From NCBI GenBank assembly GCA_965203435.1, contig CBDBCU010000003.1, positions 74,918-138,917 of the forward strand: a stretch of DNA of 64,000 nucleotides. The letters are read 5' to 3'. Of the stretch, positions 1-8,435 are shown in pieces. The translations under genes and the position numbers were made by a program. Numbering within the stretch: the stretch's first letter is position 1; every line of letters begins with the position of its first letter. Source of the stretch: Dehalococcoidia bacterium. GTDB lineage: Bacteria; Chloroflexota; Dehalococcoidia; Lucifugimonadales; UBA3495. Below the pieces are notes generated by a model. That model was not told the DNA's origin and ran no database searches. It saw only the letters and a list, made by a program, of their open reading frames with translations.

Positions 1-1
1 C

Positions 2-2446
2 TGGGGGGACAATACGGCCGGTCAAGCGGCCGTGCCAACCCATTCCCATACCGACACCGCCACGCCGCCGGTCACTACCGTCACCCCCTACACCTTTTCC
101 GCGTTGAGCGTAGGGGCCGACCACACTTGCGGCATCCATGATGCAACTACGACCTATAATGACAACAGCCCGACGCCGCAGACGGTGACGGCGCAGACCG
201 CCGGCCGGATGCTTTGCTGGGGCGGCGATGGCTATGGGCAAAGCACGGCTACCGCCCCCACTGGCAGCGGCCGGGTAGCCTGCGCCCGGGACACTACGAC
301 CAACGAACCCACTCCAGCCAACTGCAACTATTTTGTGGCCGGGGCTGATTTGTCCACGATGACCTTTTCCCAGGTGGCGGCCGGCAACGGCTTTACCTGC
401 GCCGTCCTGGTAGATGGGGATACTGGAACGACCGGCAATCAGAACCAAGGGGAACCGCGCTGTTGGGGCCGGAATGATAAAGAGCAGGCAATGGGTTACG
501 AGCCTAATTTTAACGCCGCCCTGGGCTCCACCGCGCCCCCGGCCGCTTATGTAACCATACCCCCGGCCGACTACATTCATTCCCTCAGCGCCGGGGATTC
601 CCATGTGTGCGCCGTGCGGGGGGCCAGTTCCCTCAGCATCCAAACCACGGTGCGCTGCTGGGGCGAACTGACCGACGGGCAGCGGGCTTGGACTTATGGT
701 CGGTTGACCGGCTCTGCCACTTTCTGGCCGCAAACCTATTTTTCGATGCGCTATTCCCAAGTGGTTTCGGGGCATAATCACTACTGCGGCCGGCTCAACG
801 GCGATGACCATTCCTCTTACAGCATCGATCCCGGCGAAATCACCTGTCTTGGCCCGGCGGCCAATGGGGCCGCCGCCGTTCCTGCCCTATCCCTGGGTCA
901 ACTCAGTACCGGCGTGGCCTATGCCCATCTCTGCGGTTTGACCGATGACCGCTACGGCCAGACTCCGGGCCGGGCGTTGTGCTGGGGTTCGGATGACGGC
1001 TATGGCGTGGTCACCGGCACTACCGCGCGGGTCAGGGCCGCGGAGCAAGCCTATGCCAAAACCATCGCCTTGGGCGATTATGCCTTTTCCGCCTTGACCA
1101 CCGGCTATTGGCACGTTTGCGGCCTCCGGGCGGCCGGGGACGACCAGGGCAAAGCCCTCTGCTGGGGACAGGATGCCTTTGCCCAAGCCAGCGGCGATCG
1201 CACGGCCGGCACGGTCCTGTCCCGCCGGCTTAACCAGATTTTCACGCCGGTCAATCTGGAATCAGCGACCTTTTCCGCCCTGGCCGGCGGCCTTTGGCAT
1301 ACCTGCGGCCTGCTGGATGGGCGCGGCGGACAAACCGCCGGGCAAATTCGCTGTTGGGGCTGGGATGCCTATGGACAATCCTCCGGGACTGCCACCCGCA
1401 TTCCCCCGGGTTCGACCGCGCCGGTAATCTTGCGGCCGGATTTGGCCCAGTTGACCTTTTCCGCTATATCCGCCGGCTACTATCATACCTGCGGCCTGCG
1501 GGCGGACAACGGCCGGGCGGTGTGCTGGGGCCTTAACCGCTATGGCGCGGCGGCAGTGCCGGACAGTTGGGATCGCACTCCCTTTGTCGCCATCAAGGCT
1601 GGGGAAAGGCATACCTGCGCCCTGACCGCCGCCGGCCGGGTCGCCTGCTGGGGAGCCGACGCCGACTTGGCGGAACCGGGCAATCAATTGGCGGCTCGGG
1701 TTTATGCAAACAGCGAGGGGGCCGCCCTGGAAGGAACGCAGCGGGTCATCGTCAACGCCGGCCAGACTTGGGTCGAGGAACTGCCCATCGCCCAGGAGCC
1801 GGAACCGACGCCGCGGCCGACCCGGCGGCGGCGCACCGCTACGCCGCGGCCGCCCACCTATACGCCAACGCCAACGGCTACCGCTACGCCGGAGCCGACG
1901 CCGACGCCGACGCTGATACCGGCCACCGCTACGCCGACGCCGACCGCTGTACCGACCCCGATCCCGACGGCTACGCGGCCGCCGCGGCGACCCGCGCCAC
2001 CGACCTTTATCCCGACGCCGCGGCCGCCAACGGCAACGCCTATTCCGACGCCTACGCCGGCGCCCACCGCTACGCCTACGCCAACCCCGACGCCGATTCC
2101 GACGACGCCGCCTACGGCTACGCCCACGCCCACCGCAACGCCGACGGCCACGCCGCCGCCGACCGCGACAATGCCGCCGCCGCGTTTGGGCATACGGGCC
2201 CGAGGGGTATCGCCGCGGCCTACGCCCACGCCCGTACCAACGCCCACCGCCGCGCCCACGCCGACCCCGGAGCCGCCGCCAGCACCCACTCCGACGGTGA
2301 CTCCGCCGCCGCCATCCGGAGAATCCAATGGCGGCGTCACCCGAATTTGGCCCTGGCTGCTGTTGCTGCTGCTATTGCTGGCGGCTGCGGCCTATCTGGC
2401 CCTGCGTCATTGGCGGCGGCGGGGGCCGCGGCCTTATTGGGGGTAA
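2..2446 (+). CDS. RCC1-repeat (beta-propeller) surface protein with Pro/Thr-rich linker and C-terminal membrane anchor; 5' end lies outside the window
   Basis: The reading frame is open from the window edge (WGDNTAGQAAVP precedes the ORF-track start at 32). There are 10 or more repeats of the RCC1-type pattern CWG-x-(D/N)-x-x-GQ ... H(T/V)CG. A long P/T-rich segment follows, then the hydrophobic helix WPWLLLLLLLLAAAAYLAL and a basic tail RHWRRR. Confidence 0.75.
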   Translation, partial: WGDNTAGQAAVPTHSHTDTATPPVTTVTPYTFSALSVGADHTCGIHDATTTYNDNSPTPQTVTAQTAGRMLCWGGDGYGQSTATAPTGSGRVACARDTTTNEPTPANCNYFVAGADLSTMTFSQVAAGNGFTCAVLVDGDTGTTGNQNQGEPRCWGRNDKEQAMGYEPNFNAALGSTAPPAAYVTIPPADYIHSLSAGDSHVCAVRGASSLSIQTTVRCWGELTDGQRAWTYGRLTGSATFWPQTYFSMRYSQVVSGHNHYCGRLNGDDHSSYSIDPGEITCLGPAANGAAAVPALSLGQLSTGVAYAHLCGLTDDRYGQTPGRALCWGSDDGYGVVTGTTARVRAAEQAYAKTIALGDYAFSALTTGYWHVCGLRAAGDDQGKALCWGQDAFAQASGDRTAGTVLSRRLNQIFTPVNLESATFSALAGGLWHTCGLLDGRGGQTAGQIRCWGWDAYGQSSGTATRIPPGSTAPVILRPDLAQLTFSAISAGYYHTCGLRADNGRAVCWGLNRYGAAAVPDSWDRTPFVAIKAGERHTCALTAAGRVACWGADADLAEPGNQLAARVYANSEGAALEGTQRVIVNAGQTWVEELPIAQEPEPTPRPTRRRRTATPRPPTYTPTPTATATPEPTPTPTLIPATATPTPTAVPTPIPTATRPPRRPAPPTFIPTPRPPTATPIPTPTPAPTATPTPTPTPIPTTPPTATPTPTATPTATPPPTATMPPPRLGIRARGVSPRPTPTPVPTPTAAPTPTPEPPPAPTPTVTPPPPSGESNGGVTRIWPWLLLLLLLLAAAAYLALRHWRRRGPRPYWG
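1795..2310 (+). repeat. Low-complexity Pro/Thr(/Ala)-rich coding repeat; linker of the RCC1-repeat protein
   Basis: Iterated ACG-CCG / CCG-ACG codon runs translate to PTPTATPTP-type sequence. They generate spurious Gly/Val- and Arg/Ala-rich ORFs in other frames and on the opposite strand. Confidence 0.8.
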
Positions 2447-2536
2447 AATGAATTGCGGGGAGTATTTGTCCGGCAAAAAGTTCCGGGGGCGCGGAGGAAA
2501 TGCGCCAAAAAGCAACAGAACCGGTCGGCTATCTAA

Positions 2537-2566
2537 TTGACTACCCCATCCCCTTTGCCTTACAAT
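2537..2566 (+). promoter_or_regulatory. Candidate sigma-70-type promoter upstream of alaS
   Basis: TTGACT (2537-2542), an 18-nt spacer, then TACAAT (2561-2566), about 35 nt upstream of the alaS start region. Motif match only. Confidence 0.35.
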
Positions 2567-2598
2567 GCTGCTTATTCCTTGCCGACAGGTGAGCCGCC

Positions 2599-5500
2599 TT
2601 GATCTTTATGACCGGGGACGAAATCCGCAACTCCTTTATCGGCTTTTTTGAGGACAAGGGGCATCTGCCCATGCCCAGCGCGTCCCTGATTCCGGCCGGC
2701 GACCCGACCCTGCTGTTCACCAGCGCCGGGATGGTGCCCTTCAAGCCCTTTTTTATGGGGGAACAGACGCCGCCCAATCGCCGCCTGACCAGCTCTCAAA
2801 AGAGCTTTCGCACCACCGACATCGACGAAGTGGGCGACCATAAGCATCTGACCTTTTTCGAGATGCTGGGCAACTTCAGCATCGGCGATTATTTCAAGAA
2901 CCACGCCGTAGCCTACGCATGGGAACTGGCGACGACCCGATTCCACCTGCCGCCGGAAAGCATCTATGTAACCATCCATCTGGATGACGACGAGGCTTTT
3001 GCCATCTGGCGGGAGGAAATCGGCATCCCTCCGGAGCGGATTTACCGCTATGGAGACAGCGATAACTGGTGGGGGCCGGCCGGCGCCGAAGGCCCTACCG
3101 GCCCTTGCTCGGAGTTGCACTTTGACGGCGGGGCGGCTAAGGGCTGCGCGCCGCTAATGCCGCCGGAGCAGCTTACCGCCCAATTCCGCCGGGAATTGGC
3201 AACCGGCCAACCGGAAACCCCGCCGGGCTGCCATCCCAACTGCGACTGCGAGCGGTTCGTAGAACTGTGGAACCTGGTTTTTATGCAGTTCTATCAGGAT
3301 GCCCAGGGCCAGCGCACGCCCTTGCCCGCCCCCAGCGTGGACACCGGCATGGGCCTGGAACGGGCCGCCGCCGTTTTGCAGGACAAGCCCAATGTCTATG
3401 AAACGGACCTGTTCCGGCCCATCATCGACCGGGCAGTGCAACTCAGCGGCCGGGACTATGGCATTGACCGGGAGGCCGATTATGCCCTGCGGGTAGTGGC
3501 GGAACACGCCCGGGCCGCGGCTTTCCTGATTGGCGATGGGGTGGTACCGGGCAACGAGGGGCGCGGCTATGTGCTGCGCCGGGTCATCCGTCGGGCCATC
3601 CGCTACGGCCGCCGCTTGGGACTGACCCAGCCTTTCTTGACCGAAGTGGCGGCGGTAGTAATGGACAACTTCAGCGCCGCCTACCCGGAACTGGCGGAAA
3701 ACCGCAACTTCATCCAACGGGTAATCGGGCTGGAGGAGGAACGGTTCGGGCGGACGATTGACACCGGGCTGCCGATCCTCGAGGATCGGCTAATCCCGCT
3801 CCATAAAAAACTGGAGACCTTTGGCGACCGGTGGGATAGTTTTATCCAGCGTATCCAAGAGCCTGTCTATACCTCCGTGGATGGCGGCCCTCGGGTCGAG
3901 ATGTCGATGCCCGCCAAGGTTAATGTCCTAAGCGAACTGGTAGCAGGCGCAATGTCCCAAATAAAGCAAGAGGAGTCCGACGAAGCCAGCCGGATACTGT
4001 TCCAGATACTGTTAGAATCTCCGGCGGGTGTTGCGTTGCAGCAGTCTGCCAGGGAAGTAAGCCAGTCTCGGGAAAATCTCTTGGGCTTGGCACGGATTCA
4101 TTTGGCTGAGTCCCGCTATATTGAGGAAATCTGCGATTTCCTGCGCGGTTTGACGATTCCCGAAGGGGAAGCCGTTAATCAGTTCTTGCTCGATGTCGGT
4201 ATGGAATTGCGGCGTCGGTGCGCCACTTTGCCCAGTGAAACCGTGTTCATCCTCTACGACACCTACGGTTTTCCCCCGGAACTGACCGCCGAAATTGCCC
4301 GGGAGCAGGGGCTGGAGGTCTATCTGCCCGGCTTTGAGCGGGAAATGGCCCGGCAGCGGGAGCAGTCCCGGGCCGCCCAGGGGTTCAGCGGCGGGATGGA
4401 AATGTTGACCGCTTATGAAAACTTGGGCGTAGGGCCGTCTAACTTCGTCGGCTATACCCAAATGAACCGGGAAACGGTTATCGCCGCCCTACTGGTGGAC
4501 AATGAGCCGGTCGGCCACGCCATCCCGGGACAGGCGGTAGAGTTGGTCTTGGCCGATACGCCTTTCTACGCCGAAAGCGGCGGGCAGGTGGGCGACCGGG
4601 GCCTTATTGCCGGCCCTAATGGAACTTTCCGGGTGGCGGATACGCAAAGCCCGGTGGCCGGCTTGATTGTCCACAAAGGGGTAGTGGAAAGCGGCGATAT
4701 TTCTCTGGGGGAGCCGGTGTCCGCGCAGGTGGACGCCGCCCGCCGGATGGACGCCGCCCGCCATCACAGCGGCACGCATCTGCTCCACGCCGCCCTGCGT
4801 TCGGTGCTGGGGCCGCACGTCCGTCAAGCCGGTTCTTTAGTTTCTCCCGACCGGCTGCGCTTTGACTTCAGCCATGTAGGGCCGCTGTCCCCGGAGGAGC
4901 AGCGGTCGGTGCAGGGCCTGGCTAACGGCAAGGTGCGGGAAAACCTGGCCGTATCCACTCAGGAAAGCACTTACGCCGCCGCCGTGCGGGAGGGGGCGTT
5001 GGCTTTCTTTGGCGACAAGTACGGCGACACCGTGCGGGTAGTGCGGATGGCGGATGATGCCGCCGCCGATAACGCCGCCGCGTTCAGTATGGAAGTCTGC
5101 GGCGGCACCCATGTCCACGCCACCGGCCAGGTGGGAACGCTGTTTGTCCTCGGCGAATCGGGCATTGGCGGCGGGATGCGGCGCATCGAAGCCGTCACCG
5201 GCCGCGCCGCCGAACAGCTTTTCCTGGAACGCACCGCCCGCCTGGAATCCTTGGCCCGCAAACTGCAAACCCCGGTAGTAGATTTGGAATCCCGCCTCGA
5301 CAGCTTTATGCAGGATACCGATGACCTGCGCCGCCGTTTGGCCGCTCTGGAACGGGGCAATCTGCGGGCCGAGGCCGAGGCTCTGCTGGCCCAGGCCCAG
5401 GATATTGACGGCGTTACGCTGATTGCCGGGCGCACTTCGGCCAATGGCGCGGAGGGGATGCGGGAAATGGGCGATTTCCTGAAAACCCGTCATCCGGCCC

Positions 5501-5742
5501 GCGCGGTCATCGCCTTGGGCGCGGTGGTCAACGGCAATCCGCTGCTGGTAACGATGGTTACTGCCGACTTGACCGGCCAGGGAATCCACGCCGGCAATAT
5601 CGCCCGAGAGGCGGCTCGGCTGATGGGCGGCGGCGGCGGCGGTCAGCCGGAAATGGCTCAGGCCGGCGGCCGGGACGCCGCCCAACTGGACAATGCCCTC
5701 CGCCGGGTAGCCGACTTGGTGCGCCAGGCCCGGGCCGGTTAA
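2599..5742 (+). CDS. alaS: Alanine--tRNA ligase (AlaRS) with a large internal insertion
   Basis: N-terminal IRNSFIGFFEDKGH, FTSAGMVPFKPFF, WNLVFMQF, LYDTYGFP, the editing-domain HSGTHLLHAAL and CGGTHV motifs, and a C-terminal DHHA1-like tail GGGGGGQPEMAQAGG. The start may be TTG 2599 (AGGTGA 6 nt upstream) or ATG 2608. Confidence 0.95.
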   Translation: MIFMTGDEIRNSFIGFFEDKGHLPMPSASLIPAGDPTLLFTSAGMVPFKPFFMGEQTPPNRRLTSSQKSFRTTDIDEVGDHKHLTFFEMLGNFSIGDYFKNHAVAYAWELATTRFHLPPESIYVTIHLDDDEAFAIWREEIGIPPERIYRYGDSDNWWGPAGAEGPTGPCSELHFDGGAAKGCAPLMPPEQLTAQFRRELATGQPETPPGCHPNCDCERFVELWNLVFMQFYQDAQGQRTPLPAPSVDTGMGLERAAAVLQDKPNVYETDLFRPIIDRAVQLSGRDYGIDREADYALRVVAEHARAAAFLIGDGVVPGNEGRGYVLRRVIRRAIRYGRRLGLTQPFLTEVAAVVMDNFSAAYPELAENRNFIQRVIGLEEERFGRTIDTGLPILEDRLIPLHKKLETFGDRWDSFIQRIQEPVYTSVDGGPRVEMSMPAKVNVLSELVAGAMSQIKQEESDEASRILFQILLESPAGVALQQSAREVSQSRENLLGLARIHLAESRYIEEICDFLRGLTIPEGEAVNQFLLDVGMELRRRCATLPSETVFILYDTYGFPPELTAEIAREQGLEVYLPGFEREMARQREQSRAAQGFSGGMEMLTAYENLGVGPSNFVGYTQMNRETVIAALLVDNEPVGHAIPGQAVELVLADTPFYAESGGQVGDRGLIAGPNGTFRVADTQSPVAGLIVHKGVVESGDISLGEPVSAQVDAARRMDAARHHSGTHLLHAALRSVLGPHVRQAGSLVSPDRLRFDFSHVGPLSPEEQRSVQGLANGKVRENLAVSTQESTYAAAVREGALAFFGDKYGDTVRVVRMADDAAADNAAAFSMEVCGGTHVHATGQVGTLFVLGESGIGGGMRRIEAVTGRAAEQLFLERTARLESLARKLQTPVVDLESRLDSFMQDTDDLRRRLAALERGNLRAEAEALLAQAQDIDGVTLIAGRTSANGAEGMREMGDFLKTRHPARAVIALGAVVNGNPLLVTMVTADLTGQGIHAGNIAREAARLMGGGGGGQPEMAQAGGRDAAQLDNALRRVADLVRQARAG

Positions 5743-5769
5743 GACGGGCTAACGGGAGGGTCAGGGAAA

Positions 5770-6177
5770 ATGCGGCTGCTGGCTCTGGATTTGGGCGACC
5801 GGCGCATCGGCATGGCGACCGGCGGCGTTCCCGGCTTGCCGGCCACTCCCATCGGCCACCTGGAACGGGATACCCTGAACCGGGATTTGGAGCAGGTGCT
5901 GGCCCTAGCCCGCAAGCGGGATATTGAGGGCTTTGTGGTGGGGATGCCCTATTCCCTTTCCGGGGAAATGGGGCCGCAGGCCAAATTGGCCCAGGGCTTT
6001 ATCCGGGAGTTGGAAAAGCGCACCGAACTGCCGGTTTACGCCGTGGATGAACGGTTCACTTCCTTGAATGCGGAACGGCTGCTGCGGGAAGGCGGCGGTC
6101 AACCCTCCCGCCGCCGCGGCGCAGTGGACGCCGCCGCCGCCGCCCTAATCCTGGAGCGGTTCTTGGCGCAAATCTGA
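5770..6177 (+). CDS. ruvX: YqgF/RuvX family putative pre-16S rRNA nuclease (Holliday junction resolvase-like)
   Basis: N-terminal LALDLGDRRIGMA motif, about 135 aa, in the conserved position immediately downstream of alaS. Confidence 0.85.
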   Translation: MRLLALDLGDRRIGMATGGVPGLPATPIGHLERDTLNRDLEQVLALARKRDIEGFVVGMPYSLSGEMGPQAKLAQGFIRELEKRTELPVYAVDERFTSLNAERLLREGGGQPSRRRGAVDAAAAALILERFLAQI

Positions 6178-6182
6178 TTGTC

Positions 6183-6275
6183 CCTTTCAACAGATTCAAG
6201 GTGACCCTTCAACAAGTTCAGGATGACCTTTCAACAGGTTCAGGGTGACCCTTCAACGAGTTCAGGGTGAGCGGG
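6183..6275. repeat. Family A intergenic repeat: four tandem 22-nt units
   Basis: The units are cctttcaacagattcaaggtga, cccttcaacaagttcaggatga, cctttcaacaggttcagggtga and cccttcaacgagttcagggtga, followed by gcggg. The core is the same as at six other loci in the window. Confidence 0.9.
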
Positions 6276-6305
6276 GGATGGGTTGCAAAACCGGCGGGGG
6301 AAATC

Positions 6306-7079
6306 CTACAGATAGTCCCGCGTAAAGTCCGCGGACAAGCTGGTCATTCCATCCAAATCCCAGTCAAAGGTCAGGATTACGGAGCGGTCGGCGGTGGCTT
6401 GCAACAGCCGTTGGCCGTCTTTGGCAACGATGCTTTCGGCTTGGCGATAGTCCAGTTCCTCCGGTTCTATGCCGGAGCGGTTGCAGACCATAATGGGCAA
6501 GCCGTTATCCCGGGTACGCTGCTCCCATTCCCCCTCCGGGGCGCACTGGCCCGGCCCCCAGGCGGCCGGGGATACATACAACTGCGCGCCCTTAGCCTTG
6601 AGGATTTGCGCCACATCGTTTTTGTAGGCGTCGGCGCAAATCAGGATACCCACTGAGATTCCGTCACAGTGTACCGGCTCCACTATTTTGCCGCCGGTGG
6701 ACCAGCCCTCGGCGCCGCGCAGGGCTTTGACTTTCCGGTGCTGGCCGACAATTGCCCCTTGCCGGTCGAGGACAAAGACGGTGTTGAACAGCTGACCGGT
6801 CGCCGGATCCCGTTCCGGGTGGGAAAGAAAGACGACAACGCCCAGCTGGCGCACCAGATGGCAGTAGCCGGCCATCCATTCGTCCGGCTGCGGCTGGATC
6901 CAGTCCACGCCGATGCGCGGCGCAAAGACATAGCCGGGGATGCACAGTTCCGGGGTGACAATCCACTGGGCGCCGGCCGCGGCGGCCCGGCGGGTAGCCC
7001 GTTCCACCAAAGCCCGATTGCCGGCCACATCGCCGGTAACCGGGGCCAGGTGCAGCAGGGAAACGCGCAGTTTATTCAA
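6306..7079 (-). CDS. Carbon-nitrogen hydrolase (nitrilase superfamily) protein
   Basis: The Glu-Lys-Cys triad context is present: TPELCIPGY, HRKVKAL and LICADAY. Length is 257 aa. Confidence 0.8.
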   Translation of the reverse strand: MNKLRVSLLHLAPVTGDVAGNRALVERATRRAAAAGAQWIVTPELCIPGYVFAPRIGVDWIQPQPDEWMAGYCHLVRQLGVVVFLSHPERDPATGQLFNTVFVLDRQGAIVGQHRKVKALRGAEGWSTGGKIVEPVHCDGISVGILICADAYKNDVAQILKAKGAQLYVSPAAWGPGQCAPEGEWEQRTRDNGLPIMVCNRSGIEPEELDYRQAESIVAKDGQRLLQATADRSVILTFDWDLDGMTSLSADFTRDYL

Positions 7080-7218
7080 GGATGTACCCCCGGCAATGCC
7101 GAATGTTGCCCTCCATTATAGCGCTGAATGCCGGGCCGCCAGCCCCTTGACTATAGGGCAGTATAAGGGGATAATGGTAAAGGAAAGACCGCAACCCAAT
7201 CCCCGGTTTCCGCAACGC

Positions 7219-7292
7219 TGCCCGGTAGTGTAATGGTAGCACGTCAGCCTTTGGAGCTGTAAGTCTGGGTTCGAACCCCGGCCGGGCAGCCA
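7219..7292 (+). tRNA. tRNA-Gln (anticodon TTG), CCA encoded
   Basis: Cloverleaf folded by hand: acceptor TGCCCGG/CCGGGCA, D-arm GTGT/GCAC, anticodon loop CTTTGGA, T-arm CTGGG-TTCGAAC-CCCGG, discriminator G and a CCA end. Confidence 0.85.
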
Positions 7293-7331
7293 CAGCGTTG
7301 CTTTAATTTCCGGAGTTTCAAGGAGAGCCGT

Positions 7332-7703
7332 ATGGCTAAGCCGAAAGTTTTTGTCAGTTTCAATTACGAAACTGACTACGAACTCAAAGAGACGCTGATG
7401 GGACAGTCCCGTCTGGAGGATTCCCCTTTCTCGGTAACGGATGTTTCTCTGAAAGAGCGGGAACCGGAAATGAATTGGCGGGAGAAAGCCCGCCGGGCCA
7501 TCCAAAGTTGCGATGTGTTCGTGGTAATTCTCGGCGAGAACACCCACACCGCAAACGGGGTAATCGACGAAATCCAGATTGCCAAGGAGTTAGGAAAGCG
7601 GCGTTTCCAACTGCGACCCCAAGGCAAGAAGTGGCAACCTATGAAAGGCGGCGGCGATTTGGTCGTCTGGACGTGGAACAACCTGAAACGGAAATTTTCC
7701 TGA
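7332..7703 (+). CDS. Stand-alone TIR-like domain protein (ThsB / DUF1863-like)
   Basis: KVFVSFNYETD at the N-terminus and CDVFVVILGENTHTANGVIDEIQIAKELGK resemble the ThsB/MTH538 TIR-like pattern (xVFxSFxYxD ... vlIG..T..s.WV..EI). An AGGAGA Shine-Dalgarno sequence lies upstream. Local GC is low: 40-55% in 60-nt windows I counted by hand. Confidence 0.65.
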   Translation: MAKPKVFVSFNYETDYELKETLMGQSRLEDSPFSVTDVSLKEREPEMNWREKARRAIQSCDVFVVILGENTHTANGVIDEIQIAKELGKRRFQLRPQGKKWQPMKGGGDLVVWTWNNLKRKFS

Positions 7704-7859
7704 TTCAGCAAGGCCGTTTGCCAATGGACTACGAGCGTTGAGCCGGGCTAAATCATAACCCGACTTTCTTTATTATCCGGTATCCCCCTATTGTATCCGG
7801 CTCTCAAACCGGCAAAAGGCAGCCGTCGAGGCTAAACCGGCAAATCCGAGGCGGTATTT

Positions 7860-8105
7860 ATGGCTACCTATGGCATCCGGGAGTTTAAGGCCCGGGCCAG
7901 TGAAATTCTCCGCAATGTGGAGGAGTGCGAGGAAGTGGTAATTACCCGGCGGGGGAAACCGTGCGGGAAACTTACCGGCGTGCCGCCATCGGAGGAAAAT
8001 CCGGCTCTGATGGCGCTCCGGGAAAAGTATAGTTCCTTGCCCGATCTGGATTTCGAGGAACTTCAGACCACCATTAAAGGATTCTGGAAAGTCCGCCTTG
8101 TTTGA
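7860..8105 (+). CDS. Phd/YefM-type antitoxin-like protein, orphan copy with no toxin gene directly downstream
   Basis: N-terminal MATYGIREFKARASEILRNVEE.EEVVITRRGKPCGKL is typical of Phd/YefM-family antitoxins. The first ~40 codons are almost identical at DNA level to the gene at 8157. Confidence 0.65.
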   Translation: MATYGIREFKARASEILRNVEECEEVVITRRGKPCGKLTGVPPSEENPALMALREKYSSLPDLDFEELQTTIKGFWKVRLV

Positions 8106-8156
8106 CGCTACGATGTGTCAAGGGCAAACTATCCAACCGCTTTATCGGGGGTATTT

Positions 8157-8435
8157 ATGGCTACCTATGGCATCCGGGAGTTCAAGGCCCGGGCCAGTGA
8201 AATCCTCCGCAATGTGGAGGAGGGCGAGGAAGTGGTAATTACCCGGCGGGGGAAACCGTGCGGGAAACTTATCGCGCCGCCGGTCGATGCAGGGCCGCAG
8301 CTTTCCCTGGCTACGCTGCGGGGGGCCTTTCGGGACATCCTGCCCGAGGCTACTTGGGAGGATTTTCAGGAAATCAAGAAAATCTGGGAGCCGCGGCCGT
8401 TGCCGGAGGACGACAATGCAGTCCAGGCCGGCTGA
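8157..8435 (+). CDS. Phd/YefM-type antitoxin (partner of VapC)
   Basis: It has the same N-terminal domain as the 7860 gene. The ATG at 8157 matches the paralog start, whereas the ORF-track start at 8115 is an upstream GTG extension. The 3' end overlaps the PIN gene by 20 nt. Confidence 0.7.
   Translation: MATYGIREFKARASEILRNVEEGEEVVITRRGKPCGKLIAPPVDAGPQLSLATLRGAFRDILPEATWEDFQEIKKIWEPRPLPEDDNAVQAG

Noticed and set aside
1567-2451. Alternative-frame and antisense ORFs over the Pro/Thr linker (also 1858-2340 on the minus strand)
   Set aside because: They are generated by the ACG-CCG codon periodicity of the linker and translate to Ala/Asp/Arg or Gly/Val runs.
3802-4227. Intein as the explanation for the alaS insertion
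   Set aside because: There is no Cys/Ser/Thr at the upstream junction, no His-Asn followed by Cys/Ser/Thr at the downstream junction, and no homing-endonuclease motifs. The size (~140 aa) is close to a mini-intein, but the block motifs are missing.
6183-6275. Tandem repeats considered as a possible CRISPR array (also 10628-10755, 49612-49792 and 63489-63603)
   Set aside because: The units are directly abutting (22-52-nt period) with no unique spacers. The spacer-like parts are themselves repeated, the same core occurs in both orientations, and no cas genes are present in the window.
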